Shown here one piece after another: positions 17,510-27,031 of a stretch of DNA of 39,001 nucleotides. The notes beneath the pieces were generated by a model. It was not told the origin of the DNA. It worked only from the letters and a program-made list of their open reading frames with translations, and ran no database searches. The number at the start of each line of letters is the position of its first letter. Position 1 is the first letter of the stretch. Location: positions 1 through 39,001 of the IMG/VR virus record IMGVR_UViG_3300017766_002981; one strand, 5' to 3'. This stretch comes from a virus (taxonomy: Duplodnaviria > Caudoviricetes). Both the position numbers and the translations under genes were made by a program.

Positions 17510-18598
17510 TTAGTTGCTCAGGTTGGTCGCGCCCGTGAGGATCGCACGCGAGAAGTTCGCGTTCAGAACCGCGCCGGCATAGAAGGCCTTCCATGCCAGG
17601 GTGCGGATTTCGTTGAACGGATCGCCCGCGCCCGCCGAACCGGCGTCGTGGTAGATCATTTCGAACGAACCCTTGTTCTCGCCCGCCCGGTAAACGCCGT
17701 CGGTCTGGCGCTTGCCGAGGCCCACGGAGCCGTAGGCGTTCTGGCCATAGACCACCGTGGTGTAGTTGTCCGACCGGGACGCACCGGTCGAACGGAGGTC
17801 GGCGCCCGACAGCGGGGCGCCGGCGTTGATGTCCACGGTGGCGTCTTCCGACTGGACGAAGCGGAGACCGCGGCCTGCCTTGCCGTAGTAGCCGAACTCG
17901 CCGGGGACGAGGGCGGTCTGCTGGCCGTATTTCTCCACCGAGGTGAAGCCAGTCAGGCCGGCGACGTCGACTGCGACGTCGGGGTGGCAGATCGCCCAAT
18001 AGCTCGGCAGGATCGGCGCGGTGCCGATGTTCTGCGAACCACTGGTCATCGGGACGAACGTGCGCGCGGCGTTGCGCGAAAGTTCGTTGATCACACGGTC
18101 GAGGATACCGGTCGTCATGATCGCGTGGACGACACCCGCCGAGGCGACGTTACCGGAGTAACGCTTCGTCGAGTTGTCTTCCGCGAGATCGCGCTGAAGC
18201 ATGTTCAGCGAACGGCCGGCGGATTCGCCGAGAACCTCGACCAACTCGTCGGCGCTGCCGTTCGGGTTGTAGAGGTCGACTTCCTCGTTCACGATGTAGA
18301 ACTGACCGTACTTCGCCACGGTCGCGGTCACATCGGTGAACGTCGGCGTGTCGGAGTCCCGGCCCTGCATCCAGGACGAGGTGGTGGTGAGCTCGGCGAG
18401 CGCCGCAACAGTCGGCGTCTCCTGCTCGATACGGCGCCATTTGATGGTGGCGGTACCGGCATTCTTCATCAGAACGCCGGGGTCGGTGCCCATGAAGTAC
18501 GGGCAGTTCTGCTGTGCACGACGAAGGAACGTCTGCACGAACATTGCGTTGACTGGGTTCTGCAGTTCAACGTCGGTAGCCGAGATAGTTTGAGCCAT
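17510..18598 (-). CDS. Major capsid protein, N4-gp56-like family
   Basis: 362 aa after scaffold; KYG, ICHPDV, VEKYG..GEFG and DPFNEIRTLAWK motifs. Confidence 0.85.
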   Translation of the reverse strand: MAQTISATDVELQNPVNAMFVQTFLRRAQQNCPYFMGTDPGVLMKNAGTATIKWRRIEQETPTVAALAELTTTSSWMQGRDSDTPTFTDVTATVAKYGQFYIVNEEVDLYNPNGSADELVEVLGESAGRSLNMLQRDLAEDNSTKRYSGNVASAGVVHAIMTTGILDRVINELSRNAARTFVPMTSGSQNIGTAPILPSYWAICHPDVAVDVAGLTGFTSVEKYGQQTALVPGEFGYYGKAGRGLRFVQSEDATVDINAGAPLSGADLRSTGASRSDNYTTVVYGQNAYGSVGLGKRQTDGVYRAGENKGSFEMIYHDAGSAGAGDPFNEIRTLAWKAFYAGAVLNANFSRAILTGATNLSN

Positions 18599-18638
18599 GA
18601 CCTAAAGCCTTTCCAGTTGGGTCATGACGCCGTTTGGC

Positions 18639-19241
18639 TTAGCGCCCGAAGGCTTTCTCCTTTTCCGCCGCGAACTCCGCGTCGGTCATTCGGGAAAAGT
18701 CGGGTGCTTTGCCGCCGGGCGCCTGGTGGGATGCGCCCCGAACTGCAGCGGAAACGGCTTCACGATCTTCAGTCGCATTCTTGTCGGGCAGCTTCCCGTA
18801 TTTTGAAAACTGCTTGCCAAGCGCGCCGACCACCTGCTCGAATTTCTTCGGATCGGCGTGTCGGTTAGCCCATGCATTCGCGAGGCGCTCATCCTTTTCC
18901 GCCCGAGCGTTGATCCAGGCCTGAACGAGAGGACCATCGAAAAGTTCTTCCGGCAGATCGCCGCGAACCTTCTTGATCGTGTCGTCCATGTCCTTCTGGA
19001 AACGCTGTTGGCGGATGAATTTCGCCTCACTCAGCACAGTCTCGTTTGCGACTGCGGTATCGTTGGCCGCTGGCGCCGCTGGTGCGGGCTGTGCGGGTTC
19101 CGGCGATCTCGTGGTTTCCGTGTCGAATTCCTTCAACAGGGTATCGAGATCGTCGTCGGTCCGTGCGCTCGGCACCTCGGCGACCGGCTGTGCCGTCGCG
19201 TTGGGTTCAATAGCCACGGGCTGCGTGTTCTCTTCGCTCAT
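18639..19241 (-). CDS. Capsid scaffolding protein
   Basis: Acidic Pro/Ala-rich N-terminus, C-terminal DFSRMTDAEFAA; between portal and capsid. Confidence 0.75.
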   Translation of the reverse strand: MSEENTQPVAIEPNATAQPVAEVPSARTDDDLDTLLKEFDTETTRSPEPAQPAPAAPAANDTAVANETVLSEAKFIRQQRFQKDMDDTIKKVRGDLPEELFDGPLVQAWINARAEKDERLANAWANRHADPKKFEQVVGALGKQFSKYGKLPDKNATEDREAVSAAVRGASHQAPGGKAPDFSRMTDAEFAAEKEKAFGR

Positions 19242-19486
19242 GATTTCTCCGTTTGCGAAGTTTCGGTTACGCCCCCGGCATCGGGAGCGGATTCGGTGAG
19301 GAAGCTTTGCCAAGCCCTTTGCTGGGCGCTGCGTCCTGACCGGAATATGTAATCGGCATACTGCTGCTGAGCGTCGCCCGACGGCTTGAATTCGCGCGTG
19401 GCGGGGAGTTCAACAGCGGCGAGAAGATCGTGGTATCCGGGGTGCTGCCGGATCACGAACAGGAGTTCTTCCAGTTCTGGCGTCAT
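19238..19486 (-). CDS. Small head-module protein
   Basis: 82 aa, ATGA-coupled on both sides. Confidence 0.7.
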   Translation of the reverse strand: MTPELEELLFVIRQHPGYHDLLAAVELPATREFKPSGDAQQQYADYIFRSGRSAQQRAWQSFLTESAPDAGGVTETSQTEKS

Positions 19487-21384
19487 GCGGCTGCCGCTGA
19501 CTGGCCGGTGAGGTCTTCAAGCTGCAGCACGCCTTGCGCGGGCGACGGCGGCAGAGCGGCTTGCGGCCCGGCCGGCGGGGTCTGGTTGACCACCGCGTCG
19601 ATGTCGGTCCAGCCGCCCTCTCGCAACGTCTGATCGATCGCACCGTCGAGGTTGACGCGCGGGGGCTTGCCAAGTTGCGCGCCCATGACGTCCATCTGGA
19701 CGGCGCTGGCGAGCGACTGCATCCGGCGAGCCGACTTCTGCGCCTCCTCGGCAGGGCCACCGGAGCCGAACCATTCGAACACCGCGTTTTCCGGCAGTTG
19801 ATCCTTGCCGATCTCGACAAAGCCGCCATAGGATTCGATGAAGAACGAAATTCCCTCGCGGCCGATGGTCTCGCGGCCCATCCGGTAGGCCATGTCGAGC
19901 CAGCGGGTATAGGCTCCCTGTCCGACTTGGCGGACATAGTCGACCGTGCGCACCGCACCGCGGGTCAATTCGGCCTCTTTCGAGAACGCCGTGGTGTGCG
20001 AAACGGTCTGCGCGCCGAGGCGACCGGGCAAGACGCCGGTGAGCTCGCCGTACATGTTCAGGCCCAGCGTGAGCGCGGCCGACATCGTCGAGGTGTCGCC
20101 GCCGAGTTCGACGTGGGCCTTGATCGCGTCCGGATCTGAGGAGCCCCACTGCGCATAGGGGTAAATCTGCGGGCCGCCGTTCGCGGCGAACGTCTGGTCG
20201 GTCTTGTCGTAAGAGATCGGCGGCGCGTTCTTCAGCGCGGCGGAATCGAGCAGCCGGTTCAGCGCCTGCGTAGCCATCATCTGGACCGGCCGGCCCTTCA
20301 TCAGCGGGCTGGTCGGATACGGCTCGTCGGCGCCTTCGTAATGGTAGGGGAACAGGACATAGGAGGAAAACGGCTGCTTCCGCCACCGGAACCGCACCAC
20401 GCCCCGGGTCGCGTTGCCGCCCTTGGCTGCGCCGCCGAGGATCACCGTCACGATGCATCCCGGCAGCACCATGCTGCGGGTGGTCTTCCGCGGCAGGACG
20501 ATATCGCCCTCCATCTCGAGGATGGTCACGTAGCCCTTGTCGTCGGGCTCGACCTTCCGGAGGTTCATCGGCATCCAGCCGCCGTCCTCGTCGTCCGGAT
20601 CGGTCGACCCCTTCGCCGCTGCGATCTTCAGGTTCTCGAATTTCAGATAGTCGCGCGCGATGTGCGCCTCACCCAGCACCTGGGACGAGTGCATGGTCGA
20701 ACCCGGCTCGTCGAGGTACAGGTTCTTGATCGAGCATGGCACCAGCACCGGGATGCGCTGCTTTTCCTTCCGGACGCCGCGCGCCTCGTGGATGAAGACG
20801 TTCTTCGTCTCCATGCGAGCGCGGCCGACGCCCATCCCGTACTTGAACGCCTCGGCATTGATCCGGTCGGCGCGGGTCTGGAAATCGGTTTGGCCGAACA
20901 GGTGCAGAAGGAAGCCCTCGCACAGCTTGTCGACATTGTCCTGATTGATGCGGCTGGGCACGTCGGTTTCGTCGCCCTTGATCAGCGACTTGAAATCGAC
21001 GTTGCGCAGGTAGTCGTCGGTCATCTCGCCATGCGCGCGGAACCATGATCCGGAATCGGGGAACAGCATCCGGCGGGCGTCAGCGGTCAGGACTTCCAGC
21101 GCCTGCGCCTGCAGGGGAAGCTCGACCTCGGACATCCAGGTCTTCCCGGGGTCGACCACCCTGGTGCCGTTCTTCATGATGTATTTGTATTCGGTATCGG
21201 GCCGCATCGCGATTTGCCGGTCAATGTCTTTCCAGCACTTCTCGCGGTCGCGGCGATCATCCTTCCGCTTTTCGAACGTCTCGATCACATATTCGGCGAT
21301 GTAGTCCCAATCGCGCGCGTCGAAGCGGCGCTTGGCTTTTACGGCGCCCTCGTCGTCGATCTCTTTGGCGTCGGCCTGGGCCAT
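19483..21384 (-). CDS. Portal protein
   Basis: 633 aa from TGATG-coupled MAQADAK; AFKYGMGV and HTTAFS motifs; between terL and scaffold. Confidence 0.85.
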   Translation of the reverse strand: MAQADAKEIDDEGAVKAKRRFDARDWDYIAEYVIETFEKRKDDRRDREKCWKDIDRQIAMRPDTEYKYIMKNGTRVVDPGKTWMSEVELPLQAQALEVLTADARRMLFPDSGSWFRAHGEMTDDYLRNVDFKSLIKGDETDVPSRINQDNVDKLCEGFLLHLFGQTDFQTRADRINAEAFKYGMGVGRARMETKNVFIHEARGVRKEKQRIPVLVPCSIKNLYLDEPGSTMHSSQVLGEAHIARDYLKFENLKIAAAKGSTDPDDEDGGWMPMNLRKVEPDDKGYVTILEMEGDIVLPRKTTRSMVLPGCIVTVILGGAAKGGNATRGVVRFRWRKQPFSSYVLFPYHYEGADEPYPTSPLMKGRPVQMMATQALNRLLDSAALKNAPPISYDKTDQTFAANGGPQIYPYAQWGSSDPDAIKAHVELGGDTSTMSAALTLGLNMYGELTGVLPGRLGAQTVSHTTAFSKEAELTRGAVRTVDYVRQVGQGAYTRWLDMAYRMGRETIGREGISFFIESYGGFVEIGKDQLPENAVFEWFGSGGPAEEAQKSARRMQSLASAVQMDVMGAQLGKPPRVNLDGAIDQTLREGGWTDIDAVVNQTPPAGPQAALPPSPAQGVLQLEDLTGQSAAAA

Positions 21385-21740
21385 CAGTGCACTTTCGCTT
21401 TCATGCGGGAGAGCAGCGCCTTCGCGTGATCGACGGCGGTATTGATGCGCGCCTGCTGCTTGGATTCGTGGCCAAGCTCTGGATTGTGGAATAGGTCGAA
21501 AAACATGATGTGCCCGATGTCGAGCTTGTCCTCGCGGCGCGAGACGAAATACATCGTGGCGTAGCAGCCGCCGGGGAAATCGTTGGCTTCGACGCCGAAC
21601 TTGCTGAACGTGCGCTCCGGCGTCGCGGACTTGCCGTCGGCGATGAACACCTCGCGGCCGTCGACCGTCTCGCGCGCGACGGGGACCAGCCCGGCGGTGC
21701 GGAACATCGATTCCATTTTGTCTTTGGTTATGACTTGCAT
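21384..21740 (-). CDS. Hypothetical protein
   Basis: 118 aa, TGATG-coupled to terL and portal. Confidence 0.7.
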   Translation of the reverse strand: MQVITKDKMESMFRTAGLVPVARETVDGREVFIADGKSATPERTFSKFGVEANDFPGGCYATMYFVSRREDKLDIGHIMFFDLFHNPELGHESKQQARINTAVDHAKALLSRMKAKVH

Positions 21741-23188
21741 CAGATCCTCGTACTCGCAATCGGCTGCATCGGCGGGCCGCCGCTGTGGCCCATTCTCGAA
21801 ATCACAGAGAGCGAAACGCCGTACCGCTTCATCATGGCCGCGTAGAAGACGGCCTTGAGAATGTCGTCACGCTTCGCCTGGATGATCCCGTCCTTGCGGT
21901 GATAGCTTCGCTTCTCTTCGAAAAACTCGGCTAGATGCGCAAACACCTTGAACCGGCCGGTCTGCATCCGCTCCAGCATCTCGTCCACAATCGGCTCGAC
22001 CGGTTGCGGTCCGCCCTTTTCGTCCTCGCCCGGAACCTTCGGATAACGCGCCGACTTGTTCAGCATGTTGACGCCGTGGTCGCGGTAGTGATCCGCGAGA
22101 TTACGGCCGCCAGACTTCTCCCGGTTCATGCCATCATGCGGCCACGCGACCGGGACTTGCCTGTTCGTCTTGTTGAACCATGCCGCGTGATACGGCGCTT
22201 TCTCGTTCGCCTTGCGGTAGCAGTCGATCAGATAGATGACGTCCTGATCACGATCCCAAGCCAGTTCGCAGCCAGCGGCCGGATGATCCATGCCGAAGTC
22301 GCAGCCCTTGATCCGCGCCCAATGTTTCGGGATCGGGAAAGCCTCGACCCTGATCTCGTCGTCGCCGATCGGGAAAATCGCGCCCTCGCCCATCATCGGA
22401 ATGCCCTTCGTGCGGGCGTCCCGTTCATGCGTTCGGTACGATGCTCCGAGGCGATCCTTGTCCTCGCGCGACAGATGCGGCGCGTCTTCCCATGTCGCGC
22501 CCTTGAGAAACACGCCGGAGCCGTCGACGCCGCCCAACTCCTGAAAGTGCTGCACCAGATCGGTCAAACCGCTCAGCGGCGTGAAGGTCACCAGAACAAT
22601 CCCGTGCGACGTCAGAATGCGGGTCTGCGCTTCCGAGAAAATCTTGTAGTCGTCGGGCTCCTCGTCCATCCACACGACATGCGGCGCGGTGCCCTGCCAC
22701 TTCTGCCAGCCCTGCTCGTATGTTTTCAGCGAACACGTCGACAGCCCGCCGGATTTGTGGCGCACCGTGAACGTCTCGACCACGTCCTTGACGCCGGCTT
22801 GCCGCGTCCTTGGCGAGCCGACCAGCGACCCGCGCGGCACCCAGCCGGTCCCGAGCTTTTCACCGAGGCCGCCGAGCAATTCCGCCTGAACGATGTCCTT
22901 CGACGTTTCGTTTGTCGGCGATCCGGTCCAGATCAGCACCGGATGCGCAAACCGCTTGCCTTCCCACCAGGCCGGGTAATCGCCGGTCATGTGGAACACG
23001 ACTTCCGCCGCGGCGCCGACCGTCTTTCCAACCCGGTTCGCCGCCATCAACATGCGTTCGGGATGACCGACCCCGGCTGCGTGAAACTCAGTCTGCCAAG
23101 GATACGGCTTGTATTTGTCGATCTTCCGGCCGGCGAGCTGCCATTCCAGCTTGCGGGTGAGTTCGGCAATCTTCGCGAGATCAGTCAC
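21740..23188 (-). CDS. terL: Terminase large subunit, P22 gp2-like
   Basis: PYPWQ, Walker A AANRVGKT, Walker B VWMDEE, coupling motif TFTP, nuclease GCDFG..HP, WPHDG and DD. Confidence 0.95.
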   Translation of the reverse strand: MTDLAKIAELTRKLEWQLAGRKIDKYKPYPWQTEFHAAGVGHPERMLMAANRVGKTVGAAAEVVFHMTGDYPAWWEGKRFAHPVLIWTGSPTNETSKDIVQAELLGGLGEKLGTGWVPRGSLVGSPRTRQAGVKDVVETFTVRHKSGGLSTCSLKTYEQGWQKWQGTAPHVVWMDEEPDDYKIFSEAQTRILTSHGIVLVTFTPLSGLTDLVQHFQELGGVDGSGVFLKGATWEDAPHLSREDKDRLGASYRTHERDARTKGIPMMGEGAIFPIGDDEIRVEAFPIPKHWARIKGCDFGMDHPAAGCELAWDRDQDVIYLIDCYRKANEKAPYHAAWFNKTNRQVPVAWPHDGMNREKSGGRNLADHYRDHGVNMLNKSARYPKVPGEDEKGGPQPVEPIVDEMLERMQTGRFKVFAHLAEFFEEKRSYHRKDGIIQAKRDDILKAVFYAAMMKRYGVSLSVISRMGHSGGPPMQPIASTRI

Positions 23189-23804
23189 TGAGCCAATGCT
23201 TTCTGATCCATGGCTCGTCAGTCAGTTGATGCGGCTTCTCGTCGCCGTGAAAGTAGACGATCCGCGCATCGCGCAGTCCGTGCTGCTTCACCGTGCCCTT
23301 GTAGGAAACGACTTGGCCGGGAAACAAATCGTCGATGAGAGCGTGCTTCTGCGCGCGCATCCACGCCATGTCGTTTTCGCCGTTCCAGTCACGGTAGACG
23401 CCCTGTTGACCCGCCGGAACGAGCGCGACGCCGTTGCAGGCAATTTCCATCTGGTTCGGATCTCGAGGCAGCGCGATGGGCACGTCATCCCGCAGGCAGT
23501 ATTGCGCCATATGGTTCAGCGGGCCCGTCACTACCGTGTCGAGGCCGACCAGGATCATCGGCACGCCAAGCTTGTATGGCTCGATGCAGTCGGCGTATCC
23601 CGGCGTCGGCGCCTTCATGCCCTCCTGCAAAATCTCCTTCGGAAGATCGCGCTCCCGATCGGTGAACAGCACGAACCGCCACGGCACATTCAGGTTGCGC
23701 GCGAAGCCCTCGTAAAGCCGCGTCACCCAGCTTTCGTCGTAGCATCTCGAAAACGGATAGGAACTCGCGTTCGCGTCCCAGAGCAGCGATGCAATTGTGA
23801 TCAC
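23181..23804 (-). CDS. GT-A fold glycosyltransferase-like protein
   Basis: RLYEGFARNLNVPWRFVLFTD, GLDTVV at the DxD position, IVYFHG.EKP; GTGA-coupled. Confidence 0.7.
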   Translation of the reverse strand: MITIASLLWDANASSYPFSRCYDESWVTRLYEGFARNLNVPWRFVLFTDRERDLPKEILQEGMKAPTPGYADCIEPYKLGVPMILVGLDTVVTGPLNHMAQYCLRDDVPIALPRDPNQMEIACNGVALVPAGQQGVYRDWNGENDMAWMRAQKHALIDDLFPGQVVSYKGTVKQHGLRDARIVYFHGDEKPHQLTDEPWIRKHWLSD

Positions 23805-24319
23805 GCTTCGATCATTCTCTTTTCGCGCCACTCCGGCTTGATCGGAACCATGCCGCCGTCACGACGTAGAAGAAAATCAGCCGGCACATCGTGTCGCGCA
23901 GTCGCATTCGCCGCCACCATCGCGCGCTTACCGATCGTCACGCCGGGCAACACCACCGCATTTGCGCCGATGCTCGCGCCGTCCTCGACGCGCACCGTCA
24001 CAAAGCCGCGCACCAGCAAATCCGGGCGGAAACCTTCCTTGTTCGTGGTCGGCCAGAAGTCGTTGCACAGCACCACGTTCGGACCGATGAACACGTCATT
24101 TCCGATCACGAAGCCGGGGCCGATGTCGACCCCTGGCGAGATGATGCAGCGGTCACCGATCTTCGGTCCGTCGAGCGTGGCACACGACGCCACGACGCAA
24201 TCCTCGCCGAGCACCGTTCCGCGGATCACGGAAGCGAATTGCCAGACCCGCGTGCGCGCGCCGATGGTTGCGCCGTCGACATGCGCCTTCTCATGGATGT
24301 AGGCGCTGTCGGATATCAT
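23801..24319 (-). CDS. Hexapeptide-repeat (LbH) acetyltransferase, WxcM/FdtC-like
   Basis: IGARTRVWQF, IGNDVFIGPNVVLCND, GASIGANAVVLPGVTIG; GGAG RBS. Confidence 0.85.
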   Translation of the reverse strand: MISDSAYIHEKAHVDGATIGARTRVWQFASVIRGTVLGEDCVVASCATLDGPKIGDRCIISPGVDIGPGFVIGNDVFIGPNVVLCNDFWPTTNKEGFRPDLLVRGFVTVRVEDGASIGANAVVLPGVTIGKRAMVAANATARHDVPADFLLRRDGGMVPIKPEWREKRMIEA

Positions 24320-24854
24320 GGGCGCTCCACAGTCCAAGAATACGGCTAGAGCCGGGTGGATCATCGGTTTGCCATTGCGGTGCGGGCAGCCTGAACGGGG
24401 CGGCCTGCAGATTGAGAGGCCGGAAGTCGCCGGCGCGCTGGATATCGTCGTTCTGCGAATTCGTGTGCGACGTCATGAGCAGCCATTCCGCGGCGCCCGT
24501 GAAATTGCGAAGCACCTTCCACACCGTCGCGTTGGGAAGATGTTGAAGGAAGTCCCGGCTCAGGATCAGATCCACCGTCGGCAACACGCCTTCCGCGATG
24601 TCGCCGACCATTACGTTCGGCTGGTGCAGCTTCGCCGTTTCGATATGCCAGCGGTCGAAGTCGACGCCGAAATATTCGATCCCCTTCAGGCTGACGTGGC
24701 GCATCCAGTTCAGGTCGCCACATGGCGCATCGAGAACGCTCTTGACGCCGAGGTCGTGAAGCAGCGCCGGAATCTGTTCCCGGATGTGCGCCGTCGCTTC
24801 CATTGTCGACCCGCCGCCGCACAGCGTCTCAGGCAGGCCGCCGGAGAAGTGCAT
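24291..24854 (-). CDS. Class I SAM-dependent methyltransferase
   Basis: SVLDAPCGD motif I, YFGVD, DLILSRDFLQHL; start could be 24872. Confidence 0.85.
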   Translation of the reverse strand: MHFSGGLPETLCGGGSTMEATAHIREQIPALLHDLGVKSVLDAPCGDLNWMRHVSLKGIEYFGVDFDRWHIETAKLHQPNVMVGDIAEGVLPTVDLILSRDFLQHLPNATVWKVLRNFTGAAEWLLMTSHTNSQNDDIQRAGDFRPLNLQAAPFRLPAPQWQTDDPPGSSRILGLWSAHDIRQRLHP

Positions 24855-25483
24855 CACGGCGCGCCCAGCCATTCTCTCGTGCGCCCGCTCATCGAGCGCA
24901 CCTTGTCATCGAAGGCGAGTTGCTTCGCCCGCTTCCAGTGCTGATCCATCCCGCCGCCAACCGGGCCCGCGGTTTCCGTCGAGGCGAACGTCGTCTTCCG
25001 CCACGGCGGTTCGCCGTTGTGCGGCCCGTCGTCGAGCGGCAGACCACACAAAACGATCCGCTCATATCCAAGCCCGATCGCCACCAGCACGGCGCCGAGG
25101 CCCGACGTTCCATGTCCGCCCCACGGCCACCGCCATTTGACGCCCTGGTTGCAGGAGTGAATGTGCTTCGGCTTGGCGCAATCGGTGTATTCCTGCCGGC
25201 GAGCGGCGATGAACTTGTGCAGGATGTCCGGCTGGTTCGAATAGCAGTGCTCGATATCGCCGGGCAGCATCTCGACGATCTTGTTGACCGTCATGATATC
25301 CCAGCCGTCCTTTCGAACGGTCCCGCACTTGCTGTCGTCCCGGAAACCGAAAGCCTCGAGATCGTCCCATATGCAGCGCGCGTCCGCGCAGACCACGACG
25401 TTCTTTCCGGCATAGGTGCCTGCGATCGACGGCAGCGGGAATTCAAACCCGCCATAGCCCGTCATCAGATCCCTAAGCGCCAT
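24854..25483 (-). CDS. Putative Maf/DUF115-like (sialyltransferase-type fold) transferase
   Basis: GTSGLGAVLVAIGLGYERIVLCG motif and IMTVN strand. Confidence 0.5.
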   Translation of the reverse strand: MALRDLMTGYGGFEFPLPSIAGTYAGKNVVVCADARCIWDDLEAFGFRDDSKCGTVRKDGWDIMTVNKIVEMLPGDIEHCYSNQPDILHKFIAARRQEYTDCAKPKHIHSCNQGVKWRWPWGGHGTSGLGAVLVAIGLGYERIVLCGLPLDDGPHNGEPPWRKTTFASTETAGPVGGGMDQHWKRAKQLAFDDKVRSMSGRTREWLGAP

Positions 25484-26099
25484 AGACGAACTGTCCGATG
25501 TGGCCGAGCTTGATCGATGGATCGCCCATGATCTTGAAGCCCGCCTCACGCGCCTTACGGCAGAAATTGTAATCCTCGCTCTCGAACACGCCGTTGTGGA
25601 TCAGCGTGTCGTAAAGCAGCGGCACCTCGCCGTGCGGGCCCTGGTATTTCTGCGCCCTGCCGACCAGTTCCTCGATCACCTCGCGCTTGATCAGCATGAA
25701 GCCGGTGCCGGCGTAGTCGACCTCGAACGGTTCGGCCGGGCAGTCCTTCAGATCGACCAGCTTTCCCGCGCGCCACGCCGCGACCGGATTGTCGAGCCGC
25801 TTCATCGCGTAGAAACCGACGGCGACGTCGACCTGATGATTCCAAAGCCTGGCGACATCTTCCGGACCAAAAACAATATCGGCGTCGAGCCACATCAGAT
25901 GCGAGTGCTGCGACTGAAGGAACGTCGCCGTCATCTCGTTGCGCGCGCGGTGCACCAGGCTTTCGTTCCAGCCGATCAGCCAGTCATGCGCCACACCGGC
26001 GCGCGTGAGTTCTTCCTTCAGGTTCATGCAGGATTGAAAGTGCTGGGCGGTGAGCATCCCGCCGTAGCATGGCGTGCAGAACAAAATCGACGACATCAA
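25473..26099 (-). CDS. GT-A (GT2-like) glycosyltransferase
   Basis: TPCYGG, SLVHRARN, WLDAD (DxD), GTGFMLIKR, SEDYNFC and LGHIG. Confidence 0.85.
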   Translation of the reverse strand: MMSSILFCTPCYGGMLTAQHFQSCMNLKEELTRAGVAHDWLIGWNESLVHRARNEMTATFLQSQHSHLMWLDADIVFGPEDVARLWNHQVDVAVGFYAMKRLDNPVAAWRAGKLVDLKDCPAEPFEVDYAGTGFMLIKREVIEELVGRAQKYQGPHGEVPLLYDTLIHNGVFESEDYNFCRKAREAGFKIMGDPSIKLGHIGQFVYGA

Positions 26100-26356
26100 T
26101 TATATCCGCGCTTGTCGGTGGTTGCGACGAAGCCCGGCGTTGCCTTTGACAGCCGCCCCCTTGCCCCCGCCTTCAACGTGACTTCCTCGCGCGCCGCGCC
26201 CTTCATGTGTTCGACCGTCCGCCCGAGGTCGCGATATTGCGGCAGGCCTTCCATGTAAAAGTCGACGGGCAGTTCCAGAATTTCCGTGGAGACGGTCGGC
26301 GTGCCGATCTGAAAAGCACCCAGTTGAAAAGCGTTTGGCTGGAATGCGTTCGGCAT
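26096..26356 (-). CDS. Small protein with N-terminal AFQ repeats
   Basis: MPNAFQPNAFQLGAFQ; abuts or overlaps both neighbours. Confidence 0.65.
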   Translation of the reverse strand: MPNAFQPNAFQLGAFQIGTPTVSTEILELPVDFYMEGLPQYRDLGRTVEHMKGAAREEVTLKAGARGRLSKATPGFVATTDKRGYN

Positions 26357-27031
26357 TTAGGGTTGAACCACCCACTTTTGCGGCGAGAACAGGCCGAACT
26401 TAGCCGAAGTCCAATTGCTCAATTTCGACATCACGTAGAGCAGATCGGACGGCTTGTAATATCCGAAGTAAAGCGCTTCAGAGATCGTCTGTTTGAACGC
26501 CGCCAATTCAGTACGGAAGTAGAACGACACGAAGGCAGACGCCGGCACCGATACGCCGGATGTGATCACCGGCCTGAACAGGCTATTAAACGAGACGCCC
26601 GTCACCATGAAACCGATCGTCGGGTCCATCAGCACGGGCACCGTCCCGAGCGTCAGCAGTTGAACGTGGTTTCCAGCATAGCCGCCGTTCACACCAACCG
26701 CCTTTTGATTGTCGGTATCGACGCCCAAGAGCGCGGCCAGTTTCCACATGACCGTGACATAGGTGATGCATGTCAGGGTCGCCGCGTTCAACAGGTCAGG
26801 CAGCGCCCAAACGTCAATGCCGGAAGGCTCCGCGCCATAGGTCGAATTTTCGTAGGCAAATACGCAGCAGAACGCGAGCTTGATCTGATCCTCGGACCAC
26901 GTTGACGACCAGCCCGCCGACCCGACGCCAGGGTGAGCGAGGAACGCGGTCCTGCGAGCGTCGTATAGAGCGACGACCGCATCCGGATCCGCGCGGACAT
27001 CGGCGAGTTCGCAGGACGTAAAAAATGGCAT
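26357..27031 (-). CDS. Transglutaminase-like (Cys-His-Asp) protein
   Basis: LTC88ITY, GNH122V and LMD136PT have the order and spacing of the transglutaminase-like core. Confidence 0.6.
   Translation of the reverse strand: MPFFTSCELADVRADPDAVVALYDARRTAFLAHPGVGSAGWSSTWSEDQIKLAFCCVFAYENSTYGAEPSGIDVWALPDLLNAATLTCITYVTVMWKLAALLGVDTDNQKAVGVNGGYAGNHVQLLTLGTVPVLMDPTIGFMVTGVSFNSLFRPVITSGVSVPASAFVSFYFRTELAAFKQTISEALYFGYYKPSDLLYVMSKLSNWTSAKFGLFSPQKWVVQP

Noticed and set aside
21385-21759. N-terminal extension making a 758-aa portal
   Set aside because: Overlaps the coupled 118-aa gene; the TGATG junction at 21384 gives a better start. Similar over-extensions were trimmed for 5901-6818, 14196-15110, 16356-17288 and 33253-34095
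23181-26099. DNA hypermodification cluster
   Set aside because: No base hydroxymethylase, TET/JBP, kinase or phage polymerase in the window, and the genes are in the late operon; disfavoured but not excluded
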